Part shown: positions 30,986-39,734 of the stretch, one piece after another
How positions within the stretch are numbered: the stretch's first letter is position 1
Layout: each line of letters starts with the position of its first letter
NCBI GenBank assembly: GCA_035717985.1
Contig: DASTHW010000005.1
Span: forward strand, 28,989 to 92,988
Length of the DNA stretch: 64,000 nucleotides
Reading direction: 5' to 3'
From: Candidatus Saccharimonadales bacterium
GTDB taxonomy: Bacteria > Patescibacteriota > Saccharimonadia > Saccharimonadales > UBA10212
Notes under the pieces: generated by a model
What the model was told of the DNA's origin: nothing
Seen by the model: only the letters and a program-made list of their open reading frames with translations
The model's database searches: none
Position numbers and translations under genes: made by a program

Positions 30986-31095
30986 CGCGCCTCCTCGGAC
31001 GCCGGGGGGGGGTGCGGCCGACCGGCCCCACCCCGCCCCTAAAGCATTCATAAGCAATTAACTTAGTCGGCTAGCTATGCCATCATATTTGGCAA

Positions 31096-32535
31096 GTGAG
31101 AAGATTTGGGCGAACAACCTTGATTACGGTGGGTTGTTTTGCCGTGCTGGCAGGTCTTGGCCTAGCCCGTCTAGAAGCATTTACGCCCCCGGCTTGGTTT
31201 ATCCTTGGTATTCCAATTTGTTTAATACTAGCTAAAGCTAGAAGCAAGTTGTCGCTATTAATTGTTATATTTTTAGGACTGGCCATCGGGCTGGCCCGCG
31301 GTAGTGTATACGTCCAACAACTCAGCCTGCTAAATAATTACTCTATGCATAAAGTCACCGTCGAGGGTACGGTTTTAGCAGATTCGGTTTACGGTAAAAA
31401 TTCTCAAACTACTTTTGAAATCAGTAAAATTCATCTGTCGTATCCGGCCCAGCGAGCCCTGGCCGGCAAGTTTAAAATTAGCGGTTTTGGCATACCTATG
31501 GCTTACCGCGGCGACCGCGTACAGATTATCGGCAAACTTTATACCTACCACGGCGGCGACCAAGCCAGCATTTCCTACGCTCAGATAAAAGTTTTGAGTC
31601 ATAACACCGGCTGGCTCAATGACTGGACGCGCCGCTTTAGCGCCGGTATGCATAGCGCCTTGCCAGAACCGATTGCCTCGTTTGCGCTTGGCCTGCTGAT
31701 CGGTCAGCGCAATGATTTGCCCTCGACTGTCACAACCCAGTTAACTATGGTTGGCTTAGTCCACATCATTGCCGTTTCTGGTTATAACTTAACTATCTTA
31801 GTCCGGGCCGCCCAAAAGCTGAGGCTGAAATCTAAATATCAGCGACTAGCTATGTCACTTTGTTTAATCGCCGCCTTTGTACTGGTGACCGGCTTTAGTG
31901 CCTCTATTATCCGGGCGGCAGTTGTCTCGGTTCTTGGACTATGGGCTTGGTATTACGGCCGAGCTTTAAAGCCGTTACTCACAATTGCATTCGCGGCGGC
32001 CTTAACGGCTACGGCTAACCCGTTTTATGTCTGGGGCGATCTAAGCTGGTATTTATCGTTCCTAGCCTTCTTTGGCATCTTAGAAGTGGCGCCGCTAATA
32101 ACCGGCCGGTTCTTAAAAAGCCAGCCTAGGCTGTTGGCTCAGGTGATTATTGAAACAATGTCAGCAGAGATCATGACCTTGCCGTTAATCATGATGAGCT
32201 TCGGCCAGCTGTCATTGATTGGTCTAGCCGCTAACGCGCTGATTGTGCCGCTGGTGCCGTGGGCGATGATGCTGTCAGCTGTGGCTGGCGGGGCTGGTGC
32301 CCTAATTCCTCAGCTAGCCGGCTGGCTAGCCTGGCCGGCCAGTCTGCTGTTAACTTATATGCTGGATATTGCTCATCTACTATCTGGTGTGCCGTCTATC
32401 TTTTTGCACCTCAGCCTCAGCCCAGCCATGATGATTTATCTATATGTTTTGGCCGGTCTGGTGATAATGTCACTTAGGCGCCGCCTCAAAAACCAGGCTG
32501 TAAGCTCGGCTGGCGAGCTAGCCATAACACCTTAA
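31096..32535 (+). CDS. comEC: ComEC/Rec2 family DNA-uptake channel (no C-terminal metallo-beta-lactamase domain)
   Basis: 479-aa polytopic ORF. GLLIGQRNDLP...LTMVGLVHIIAVSGYNLTIL is typical of the ComEC competence domain. GTG start. Confidence 0.8.
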   Translation: MRRFGRTTLITVGCFAVLAGLGLARLEAFTPPAWFILGIPICLILAKARSKLSLLIVIFLGLAIGLARGSVYVQQLSLLNNYSMHKVTVEGTVLADSVYGKNSQTTFEISKIHLSYPAQRALAGKFKISGFGIPMAYRGDRVQIIGKLYTYHGGDQASISYAQIKVLSHNTGWLNDWTRRFSAGMHSALPEPIASFALGLLIGQRNDLPSTVTTQLTMVGLVHIIAVSGYNLTILVRAAQKLRLKSKYQRLAMSLCLIAAFVLVTGFSASIIRAAVVSVLGLWAWYYGRALKPLLTIAFAAALTATANPFYVWGDLSWYLSFLAFFGILEVAPLITGRFLKSQPRLLAQVIIETMSAEIMTLPLIMMSFGQLSLIGLAANALIVPLVPWAMMLSAVAGGAGALIPQLAGWLAWPASLLLTYMLDIAHLLSGVPSIFLHLSLSPAMMIYLYVLAGLVIMSLRRRLKNQAVSSAGELAITP

Positions 32536-32554
32536 AAATGTTAAAATATTAATA

Positions 32555-33282
<728 letters not shown>

Positions 33283-33286
<4 letters not shown>

Positions 33287-33651
33287 AAAAGTTTGAGGGA
33301 ACAACTTTCCCTGGCCTGCTTGAATCCTTACATAAAAGAGCGGGTAAATTAGCTAAATCCGGTGTGGCGCCCGACCCGGAGCTTTTTGCCATGCTGGCAG
33401 AGGGCATCCAAGGCAATCTAAGCGAGGAAGAAAAAAGTCATTTGCGGGCCATGATAGCTCTTCAGATGGAATTAGTTACTGACACCAGCGGCAATGCTGA
33501 GCAATGGCGGGCCATAGCCAGTCTTGTCAGTAAGGAAGTGGTTGAAGTGCGAAAAGTAAGCGATTTTAACCGCCTGCGAGAACCGCTAAAGTTAGCCCTG
33601 CGTGATATTTTGTTACTACGCCCCGCTCAAGGCCGGAAGATCGGCGGATGA
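33283..33651 (+). CDS. hypothetical protein (122 aa)
   Basis: ATGA overlaps at both ends. No family recognised. Confidence 0.5.
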
Positions 33652-34295
33652 AACTATTTTTATCGTCCTACCGCGCCGGCCGGCATGATAAAGAACTGCT
33701 AGATTTTCTTGGACCAATTAAAAAAGTAGCTATTATTACCAACGCCAAAGATTACAAATCCCAGGCCGAGCGTAAGATTAGGGTTAAAGAGAATTTTGAC
33801 TATTGGCGCTCTATCGGCTTAATGCCGACGGAAATAGATCTGCGGCCGTATTTTAAAAAAGCCGGCGCCGAGAAATTAGTGCACGGTCATGAATTTGTCT
33901 GGCTGGCCGGCGGCAATGCTTTTTTATTACGCAGAGCTTTAAGTTATACCGGGCTCGATAGATTCTTAATTGAAAAAGTCCGGGCTGGGCAGATTATTTA
34001 CGGCGGCGAGAGTGCCGGGGCGATTATGGCCGGGCCAACTCTGCATGGCTCAGAAGACGATTCCTCGAATGAGGACAATCCGCATTTCGTGCCCAGCCCA
34101 TATGAGAAAAGGGTGCTTTGGGACAGCCTGAATTTCACAGACTTTGTACCTGTGCCCCATTACAAAAGTGCTGAAATTGGCGACAGCATTGACGGCTACG
34201 TGGAATACTTAAGAAAAAGAAAAATCGCCTACAAAACCATGACCGACGACCAAGCTATAGTTATTAATGTAAATAAAGAAGAGTTTTTGGGATGA
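33648..34295 (+). CDS. peptidase S51 (dipeptidase E-like)
   Basis: FVWLAGGNAFLL...IYGGESAGAIMAGP matches the S51 nucleophile-Ser context. Confidence 0.65.
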   Translation: MKLFLSSYRAGRHDKELLDFLGPIKKVAIITNAKDYKSQAERKIRVKENFDYWRSIGLMPTEIDLRPYFKKAGAEKLVHGHEFVWLAGGNAFLLRRALSYTGLDRFLIEKVRAGQIIYGGESAGAIMAGPTLHGSEDDSSNEDNPHFVPSPYEKRVLWDSLNFTDFVPVPHYKSAEIGDSIDGYVEYLRKRKIAYKTMTDDQAIVINVNKEEFLG

Positions 34296-34768
34296 GAATT
34301 ATCGGCATTGATCCTGGTACCGGAATTTTGGGGTTTGGCGTTATTGACGCCGAGCAAGGCAAGGCAAAACTGGTTGACGCCGGCGTCGTCCGGACAGAAG
34401 TTCACCAGCCGTTGGATGAGCGGTTGGAAGAAATTTATACTAGCCTATGCGAGATAATCAAAGACACTAAGCCGCAGGTTATGGTGGTAGAAAAGCTGTT
34501 TTTTTCCCAAAATATCACTACCGCTATCAGCGTTAGTCACGCCCGCGGCGTGGCTATGCTGGCCGGTAAGCTAGCGGGCCTCACGATTATCGAATATACG
34601 CCCTTGCAGATTAAGCAGGCTCTAACCGGCTACGGCCGGGCCGACAAAAATCAGATTCAACAGATGGTTAAAATAATGTTGGGCTTAAAAGAAATCCCCA
34701 AACCGGATGATTGTGCCGACGCTCTAGCCGCCGCTCTGATGCACGCCACAGCACTTAAGGTAAAATAA
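34292..34768 (+). CDS. ruvC: Holliday junction resolvase RuvC
   Basis: MRIIGIDPGT...VVEKLFF...PDDCADALAAAL. Confidence 0.9.
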   Translation: MRIIGIDPGTGILGFGVIDAEQGKAKLVDAGVVRTEVHQPLDERLEEIYTSLCEIIKDTKPQVMVVEKLFFSQNITTAISVSHARGVAMLAGKLAGLTIIEYTPLQIKQALTGYGRADKNQIQQMVKIMLGLKEIPKPDDCADALAAALMHATALKVK

Positions 34769-34772
34769 AGAA

Positions 34773-35348
34773 ATGATCTCGACACTTAAAGGCAAGGTGG
34801 CGGAAAAATCTTTAGACGGTGTGGTTATAGATTGTGGTGGCGTGGGCTACGGCGTAAATGTAACTTTTGAAGATTACGGAGCGCTGGAAGACGGCCATGA
34901 GGCTAAGCTCTATATCTACGAGCATATCCGTGAAAATACGCATGAGCTATACGGCTTTCGCACTATGGAAACCAAAATGCTGTTCGAACAACTACTTTCG
35001 GTTAACGGGGTAGGGCCCAAAATGGCTCTGTCTATCCTAAGTTTGGCCAGCGCCGGCCAGGTTCGCCAGGCTATAGCATCCGGCGATACAAAATTCATTT
35101 CTCAGGCCAGCGGCGTAGGCAAAAGAGTGGCCGAGCGGGTGGTAGTAGACCTTAAAGACAAAGTTGGCTTAATTGCCAGTGATGACGCCGTCGGCTTTTT
35201 GAGCACGCCCACCGGTAATCCTAACGACGAGGCTTTGCAGGGTTTAGTGGCGCTTGGCTTTTCAGTAGCAGATGCCGCCGAGGCTCTAAAAAATATCGAT
35301 CAAAAACTACCGGCGCCGGAGCGGATTAAGCAAGCGCTTAAAAATTAG
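34773..35348 (+). CDS. ruvA: Holliday junction branch migration protein RuvA
   Basis: MISTLKGKV...GVGYGV...LLSVNGVGPKMALSILS...GVGKRVAERVV. Confidence 0.9.
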   Translation: MISTLKGKVAEKSLDGVVIDCGGVGYGVNVTFEDYGALEDGHEAKLYIYEHIRENTHELYGFRTMETKMLFEQLLSVNGVGPKMALSILSLASAGQVRQAIASGDTKFISQASGVGKRVAERVVVDLKDKVGLIASDDAVGFLSTPTGNPNDEALQGLVALGFSVADAAEALKNIDQKLPAPERIKQALKN

Positions 35349-35394
35349 CGTAAAATTAAGCTAAAGCTAAATTTTAAAAACAGAAAATTAAAAT

Positions 35395-36633
35395 ATGGAT
35401 GAGCTGACTCCCCGATCCACCTATGAAGAAAGGACTTATGACGTTTTAAATGGTGATGATCAAGCCGCCCTAGAACACTATCTTTCGGGCGGCGGTCGGG
35501 AGGGAATCAGGGGTTATGCTGGGCCGGAGCGGCGCTCGCCAGCTAGCCGTCTGGACCGTGAAATCCCGGTGATTACCGGCATGCGGATGAGGGTAGATTC
35601 ACCAAAGTCTCCGGCCGATCAGCTAGTCGACTATTTTCAAGATTATGGTCCCCATTCTTGGCAAGAGGGCAGAGCGCTTTTTAGCGGCGCGGCTAAGCGG
35701 GTAGAGTCGGCCAGCCGGACGCGCCAAGGCAACCCGGAGGCGGCCGTTAAAGATCGGTACTACACTTACAGCGGCTATCTTTTAAGCTCAGCTGAAGACA
35801 AAGCCGTCTTAGATAATCTCTTAACCCCCCAGTCTGATGGTACCGCCCGGCCGGACATAGCCCGCCTGCGCAGTGACCGCCAGGCTCTAGATATAATTGC
35901 CCGGCAGTTTATGAACAGGGGTTTTTTGTGGGATAAGCGTGGGCAATATTGGCCCAGCCAGCGTTCAGGGCTTTATAAAGAAAGACACCAATACTGGCTA
36001 GGCTTTGCTTTGGCCTCGGCCCGCTATGCCAGCGATGAATCTATTCAGATTCTCTATGACTTTGCCAGTTCGCGCACCGACAGGCTGATACGCGAATGGT
36101 GGACCCAAATTCAGCAGATAGAAAAAATGCCTATCGTCCAAAAACTAGAGCGAGAAGAAAAAATTATCCGCCTAAATTATTCCAAGCTATGGCGTCATAA
36201 GGCCCAGTTAGCGCTGGAACCAGAAGAGACGGCGCCGGAGTCCAAAACTGCTACCGATTTTGAAGCCATGATACCCGAAAATGTGCGCCAGGAAATTGCC
36301 GTCCGCCGGGCCAGAGAGGAACAAGCTGCCGAACTGGCCGACGCCGAATACGACCGCGAACTTGAAAAGAAAATGCAGGTGCCGTATATGACCTTAGAAC
36401 GCGCCAGAAAAGAGCTTAATGCTCAGGGCATAGGCCAGCTGGCGCTTAGTGATGAGCGGTTTGAAGAAGATATTAACCGCGAAATTGAAGATACTAGCAG
36501 GCGGGCTAACGCCCCCAAGCCGCCAAAAAAGAAAAAACGGCGCCGTTTTCGCCGGCCCTTAATTGGCCGGGCGGCCGACACAGCTGATTCCGACAAAAGA
36601 GTAGAAGACTTCTATCAAGACAGCCTCTTCTAG
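35395..36633 (+). CDS. hypothetical protein with polybasic C-terminal patch
   Basis: 412-aa ORF. PKPPKKKKRRRFRRP lies near the C-terminus. No family recognised. Confidence 0.5.
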   Translation: MDELTPRSTYEERTYDVLNGDDQAALEHYLSGGGREGIRGYAGPERRSPASRLDREIPVITGMRMRVDSPKSPADQLVDYFQDYGPHSWQEGRALFSGAAKRVESASRTRQGNPEAAVKDRYYTYSGYLLSSAEDKAVLDNLLTPQSDGTARPDIARLRSDRQALDIIARQFMNRGFLWDKRGQYWPSQRSGLYKERHQYWLGFALASARYASDESIQILYDFASSRTDRLIREWWTQIQQIEKMPIVQKLEREEKIIRLNYSKLWRHKAQLALEPEETAPESKTATDFEAMIPENVRQEIAVRRAREEQAAELADAEYDRELEKKMQVPYMTLERARKELNAQGIGQLALSDERFEEDINREIEDTSRRANAPKPPKKKKRRRFRRPLIGRAADTADSDKRVEDFYQDSLF

Positions 36634-36649
36634 TACAATATCCAACGCG

Positions 36650-37630
36650 ATGAGTTTTTTAGATAATTTACCAAAGCCGTTTTTTTTACTGGCGCCGATG
36701 GACGATGTAACGGACACGGTTTTTCGTCAGATTGTGGCAGACTGCGCTAGACCGGACTTATTTTTTACCGAATTTGTAAATGTAGACGGATTAAATAGTC
36801 CTGGCCGGCCTAGACTTTTGCATAAGCTATATCTATCTAAAAAAGAGGGCCCGGTTATTGCCCAAATTTGGGGATTGAAACCCGAAAACTACTATAAAAC
36901 TACCAAAGACCTAAAGCAGATGGGTTTTGCTGGAGTAGATATAAATATGGGCTGTCCGGTGAGAACCGTGGTAAAAAACGGCGCCTGCTCGGCGCTAATA
37001 AATAACCGCGAACTGGCGGGCGATATTATTGGGGCCGTCAAAGAGGCGGCAGGCGAGGATTTTCCGGTTAGCGTAAAAACCAGGGTCGGTTTTGGCTCAG
37101 TAGATCTTAGCTGGATAGAATTTTTACTTAGGAAGAAGCTTGACATGTTAAGTATTCACGGGCGGACATCAAAAGAAATGTCAAAGGTGCCGGCTCACTG
37201 GGATTTGATTAATGAGGCGCGGGCCCTGCGTGACCGGCTGAGCCCCGAGACGCTAATTGTCGGCAATGGCGATATAAAAAGCCATATTCAAGGCCTACGG
37301 CTAGCTGGTGACTACGGTTTAGATGGCATTATGATTGGCCGCGGCGTCTTTGATGATCCGTTTATTTTTTCAAAAAATAGCCCTTGGCAAAACTGGACGC
37401 CCCAGCAGAGAATCAATTTATTTAAAGAACACATAAAACTGCACCAAACTACCTACCAAGCCGGCCAAAGGCGCTTTGAAACACTACGCAAGTTCTGCAA
37501 GGTTTATATAAACGGCTTTGATGGTGCCAGCGAGCTGAGAGCTCAATTTATGATGACGGAGAATCCGGCTGAGGCGCTAGCGGTTTTAAATCAGGCAGGT
37601 CTGCGCCAAGGTGCGCTGGCGCCGGCTTGA
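36650..37630 (+). CDS. dus: tRNA-dihydrouridine synthase
   Basis: LAPMDDVTDTVFR...GVDINMGCP...LSIHGRT signatures. Confidence 0.85.
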   Translation: MSFLDNLPKPFFLLAPMDDVTDTVFRQIVADCARPDLFFTEFVNVDGLNSPGRPRLLHKLYLSKKEGPVIAQIWGLKPENYYKTTKDLKQMGFAGVDINMGCPVRTVVKNGACSALINNRELAGDIIGAVKEAAGEDFPVSVKTRVGFGSVDLSWIEFLLRKKLDMLSIHGRTSKEMSKVPAHWDLINEARALRDRLSPETLIVGNGDIKSHIQGLRLAGDYGLDGIMIGRGVFDDPFIFSKNSPWQNWTPQQRINLFKEHIKLHQTTYQAGQRRFETLRKFCKVYINGFDGASELRAQFMMTENPAEALAVLNQAGLRQGALAPA

Positions 37631-38036
37631 CCCCAAGATCGACTAGGCTAGCAGAGTCAGCTCCAGCCGGTAAGTTTGTTTGAACAGCCGCTATCTTGGG
37701 ATTATCACTTCCCGAGTCTACTGGACTGCCGACAGTAGTATTTGCGGTCTTGGCCGGCTGGTTATTGTCTGTCTGATTTGTCGGGTTGGCTTGGCTAGAT
37801 GGCCGGGCAGGGGCGGGCACAGAAACTTCCGGCAGTAGTCCGACATAGTTAAAGGAATCAGTTGTCGTCTGCTTTTGCGTAAAGCTGTGAATTAATGTCC
37901 GCACGGCATTTTGGCCCATGGCGGCCACGCCCTGGTTGCGTGGCTTGAAATGGCTAAAGATAATTACGAAAATTAACAGGCCGAGGCCCAAAAAGGTTAA
38001 AACAACCTGTACGTGCTCTTTGAGATTTGTCTGCAT
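37548..38036 (-). CDS. hypothetical membrane-anchored low-complexity protein
   Basis: N-terminal TM segment (VVLTFLGLGLLIFVIIF) with a T/N/Q/P-rich remainder. The 3' 83 nt overlap the end of dus, so the true stop is uncertain. Confidence 0.4.
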   Translation of the reverse strand: MQTNLKEHVQVVLTFLGLGLLIFVIIFSHFKPRNQGVAAMGQNAVRTLIHSFTQKQTTTDSFNYVGLLPEVSVPAPARPSSQANPTNQTDNNQPAKTANTTVGSPVDSGSDNPKIAAVQTNLPAGADSASLVDLGVKPAPAHLGADLPDLKPLAPQPDSPSS

Positions 38037-38165
38037 AAGTTAAACATAGCCCGTACGAGTAGGAGTTAGCAGTAAGGCATTTTACAAATCTTTGAGGGTA
38101 AATCCTACTGCTCTAATACTCAATAAGTATCATGATTTAACCATGAATAAATAAAGGAGGACTAT

Positions 38166-38528
38166 ATGCAAGACGGCATAGAAGCAAGAGATATAAGGTC
38201 AATGGCCGGGATTAACTTCCTGCTGGGCATTTGGCTAATAATCTCGCCGTGGATCTTAAGCTACAATACCGGTGGCGCCAAATGGAATCAGTTTGCATTT
38301 GGAATAGTAATTTTGGTCTTAAGCGGTCTTAGATATATTTTCCCGCGGGCCCTGGGGGCCAGTTGGCTTGTCGCCCTAGCCGGTATTTGGATGATAATTG
38401 CTCCGTTCATCATTGGCTACAATTCTACGGCGGCCTATTGGAACGAAGTGATTGTCGGTATCGTTGTAACCATTTTGGCCCTGTCTAATATGGGTACTTA
38501 CGGCCGGACGCACGGTAGTCCTGCCTAG
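38166..38528 (+). CDS. SPW-repeat membrane protein
   Basis: Two repeats of the LIISPWIL / MIIAPFII type in a 4-TM, 120-aa ORF. AAGGAGG upstream. Confidence 0.6.
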   Translation: MQDGIEARDIRSMAGINFLLGIWLIISPWILSYNTGGAKWNQFAFGIVILVLSGLRYIFPRALGASWLVALAGIWMIIAPFIIGYNSTAAYWNEVIVGIVVTILALSNMGTYGRTHGSPA

Positions 38529-38610
38529 GTCTCGGCTATATCTCAAAACCAACAATAATGCCGTCTGAAACCAGGCGGCATTATTAGTTTGGCTTAAATT
38601 GTTACGTGCG

Positions 38611-38686
38611 TGGTGGGGATGCCTGGATTTGAACCAGGGACCAATCGGTTATGAGCCGACTGCTCTAACCACTGAGCTACATCCCC
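38611..38686 (-). tRNA. tRNA with CAU anticodon, elongator type (tRNA-Ile2/lysidine-like or tRNA-Met), CCA encoded
   Basis: Hand fold: GGGGATG/CATCCCC acceptor, GTCGG-CTCATAA-CCGAT anticodon arm, CCTGG-TTCAAAT-CCAGG T arm. From memory, the anticodon-arm/variable region resembles E. coli tRNA-Ile2 more than tRNA-Met. Confidence 0.85.
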
Positions 38687-38706
38687 TCGGTGAATTTACA
38701 GATGAA

Positions 38707-38715
38707 ATTATACCA
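38707..38715 (-). promoter_or_regulatory. extended -10 element (TGgTATAAT) for the tRNA at 38611..38686
   Basis: Reverse strand reads CTGGTATAAT about 20 nt upstream of the tRNA 5' end. Confidence 0.4.
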
Positions 38716-38743
38716 GCCAGCCGGCATATTTTATACTTAGGGT

Positions 38744-39199
38744 GTGACAGCTTCTAAAATCCAAACCTGGTGGGCAAGCAATAAAAAACAGCTGACTGAT
38801 ATTAAAAATATCGGGCTTTATATTTTTACGGTTATTCTCTTAGCCATTGCCTGGAGTACGGCCAAAACCATCCAGAATAATTATCAACTGCAAAAGCAGA
38901 TTTCAGTTTTGCGTCAGCAAAACCAAGTTCTTTCTCTGGAAAATCAAAACGCCGGTTTGCAGAACCAGTTTTATCAAACTAATCAGTACTTGGATCTATC
39001 GGCTAGGCAAAACTTAGGCCTGGCGGCACCGGGTGAAAAGGTTTTGCTGGTACCGCAAAACGTGGCTCTAAGGTATATCGATCCGGCCATCGTTAAGACC
39101 CAGTCTGCTAGCGCTCAGGCGCCGGATAATAGGTCAAAAATTATAAAAAACGTCGAAGCCTGGCGCGATTTTCTGCTTGGCCGCCGCCCCGTAGAGTAG
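38744..39199 (+). CDS. FtsB/DivIC-like septum formation initiator
   Basis: One TM segment followed by a Q/L-rich coiled coil (QLQKQISVLRQQNQVLSLENQNAGLQNQ). GTG start. Confidence 0.5.
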   Translation: MTASKIQTWWASNKKQLTDIKNIGLYIFTVILLAIAWSTAKTIQNNYQLQKQISVLRQQNQVLSLENQNAGLQNQFYQTNQYLDLSARQNLGLAAPGEKVLLVPQNVALRYIDPAIVKTQSASAQAPDNRSKIIKNVEAWRDFLLGRRPVE

Positions 39200-39226
39200 A
39201 AAACCTAGTGGCGGTCAACCTATAGT

Positions 39227-39264
39227 CCAAGAAAAAGACCCCAAACTTGGGGTCTTTTTCTTGG
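39227..39264. terminator. bidirectional terminator hairpin
   Basis: CCAAGAAAAAGACCCC-aaactt-GGGGTCTTTTTCTTGG: perfect 16-bp stem. It abuts the 3' CCA of tRNA-fMet on the minus strand and follows the FtsB-like gene on the plus strand. Confidence 0.6.
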
Positions 39265-39336
39265 TAGCGGGGGCAGGATTTGCACCTGCGACCTCGTGGT
39301 TATGAGCCACGCGAGCTACTACTGCTCCACCCCGCG
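39262..39336 (-). tRNA. initiator tRNA-fMet (CAU), CCA encoded
   Basis: CGCGGGGTGGAGCAG...GGCTCATAACC...AAATCC...CCCCGC.ACCA closely parallels the E. coli initiator as I recall it. Unpaired C1 opposite U72, and A11. Confidence 0.85.
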
Positions 39337-39416
39337 TCGGTAATGAGACAAAACCTACGGTTTTTTCTCATCGGCGCTTTTCGGAATGAATCCGAATCCG
39401 CGCTTGCGCACGGACC
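39337..39416 (-). other. structured 5' leader of tRNA-fMet (copy A of a paralogous leader pair)
   Basis: Reverse strand: GGTCCGTGCGCAAGCGCGGATTCGGATTCATTCCGAAAAGCGCCGATGAGAAAAAACCGTAGGTTTTGTCTCATTACCGA. Three hairpins; alignable to 39735..39813. Confidence 0.6.
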
Positions 39417-39460
39417 ACGCCTGCTCTTTTTCCCTAGGATAACCAAGGGCTAGTTAAATT

Positions 39461-39489
39461 ATTTTAATCTGTTAATGGTGGTCTGTCAA
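39461..39489 (-). promoter_or_regulatory. sigma-70-type promoter for the tRNA-fMet leader
   Basis: Reverse strand TTGACA-17 nt-TAAAAT, roughly 120 nt upstream of the tRNA 5' end. Confidence 0.5.
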
Positions 39490-39588
39490 TCTGTAGCGGC
39501 GCCGATAAAAAGCACTAGCTTTTTAGGTAAAAGTCTGTTATAATGGCATTTAAGTTAGCAAAAACAAAAAACAAATAGGAGAAAGTAA

Positions 39589-39666
39589 ATGCCGGAGCTA
39601 GAATTCGAGTTGGCACCAACGACAAACGAGGCCATTTTGGCCATTGACGAAGTGCTGATAGCCTAA
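39589..39666 (+). CDS. possible 25-codon micro-ORF
   Basis: MPELEFELAPTTNEAILAIDEVLIA. AGGAGA lies 7 nt upstream and the extended -10 TGtTATAAT sits at 39536-39544. Below the track cutoff. Confidence 0.25.
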   Translation: MPELEFELAPTTNEAILAIDEVLIA

Positions 39667-39687
39667 GGCCAATAACAGATGTAATTA

Positions 39688-39696
39688 TGCTATAAT
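39688..39696 (+). promoter_or_regulatory. extended -10 element (TGcTATAAT) for the tRNA-Met leader
   Basis: TGCTATAAT about 118 nt upstream of the tRNA-Met 5' end. Confidence 0.45.
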
Positions 39697-39734
39697 TCAT
39701 CTGTTTCCATGTCTTTGCGGGAAAGGTAGTAGCC

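Noticed and set aside
30485-31057. Alternative ORFs in the GC-rich segment (190 aa on the minus strand; 98 aa on the plus strand at 30757..31053).
   Set aside because: High G+C keeps several frames open by chance. Only the 30509..30985 frame shows G/C-dominated third codon positions and a usable SD.
30205-31081. Classical integrase-mediated genomic island at tRNA-Lys.
   Set aside because: No integrase or recombinase is present. The GC-rich segment lies about 200 nt from the 5' side of the tRNA, not at its 3' end. The flanking repeats do not derive from the tRNA.
37548-37630. 83-nt convergent overlap between dus and the 162-aa ORF, considered as a functional antisense arrangement.
   Set aside because: The overlapping tail of the 162-aa ORF is low-complexity (P/A/L-rich). 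It is probably an over-extended ORF call, not a designed overlap.
39422-39429. boxA-like TGCTCTTT antitermination motif near tRNA-fMet.
   Set aside because: It is on the plus strand, which is the wrong orientation for the minus-strand tRNA-fMet transcript. It also lies upstream of the plus-strand promoters.
39515-39700. 61-aa minus-strand ORF between the tRNA genes.
   Set aside because: It overlaps the promoter elements and the better-supported plus-strand micro-ORF. It has no SD.
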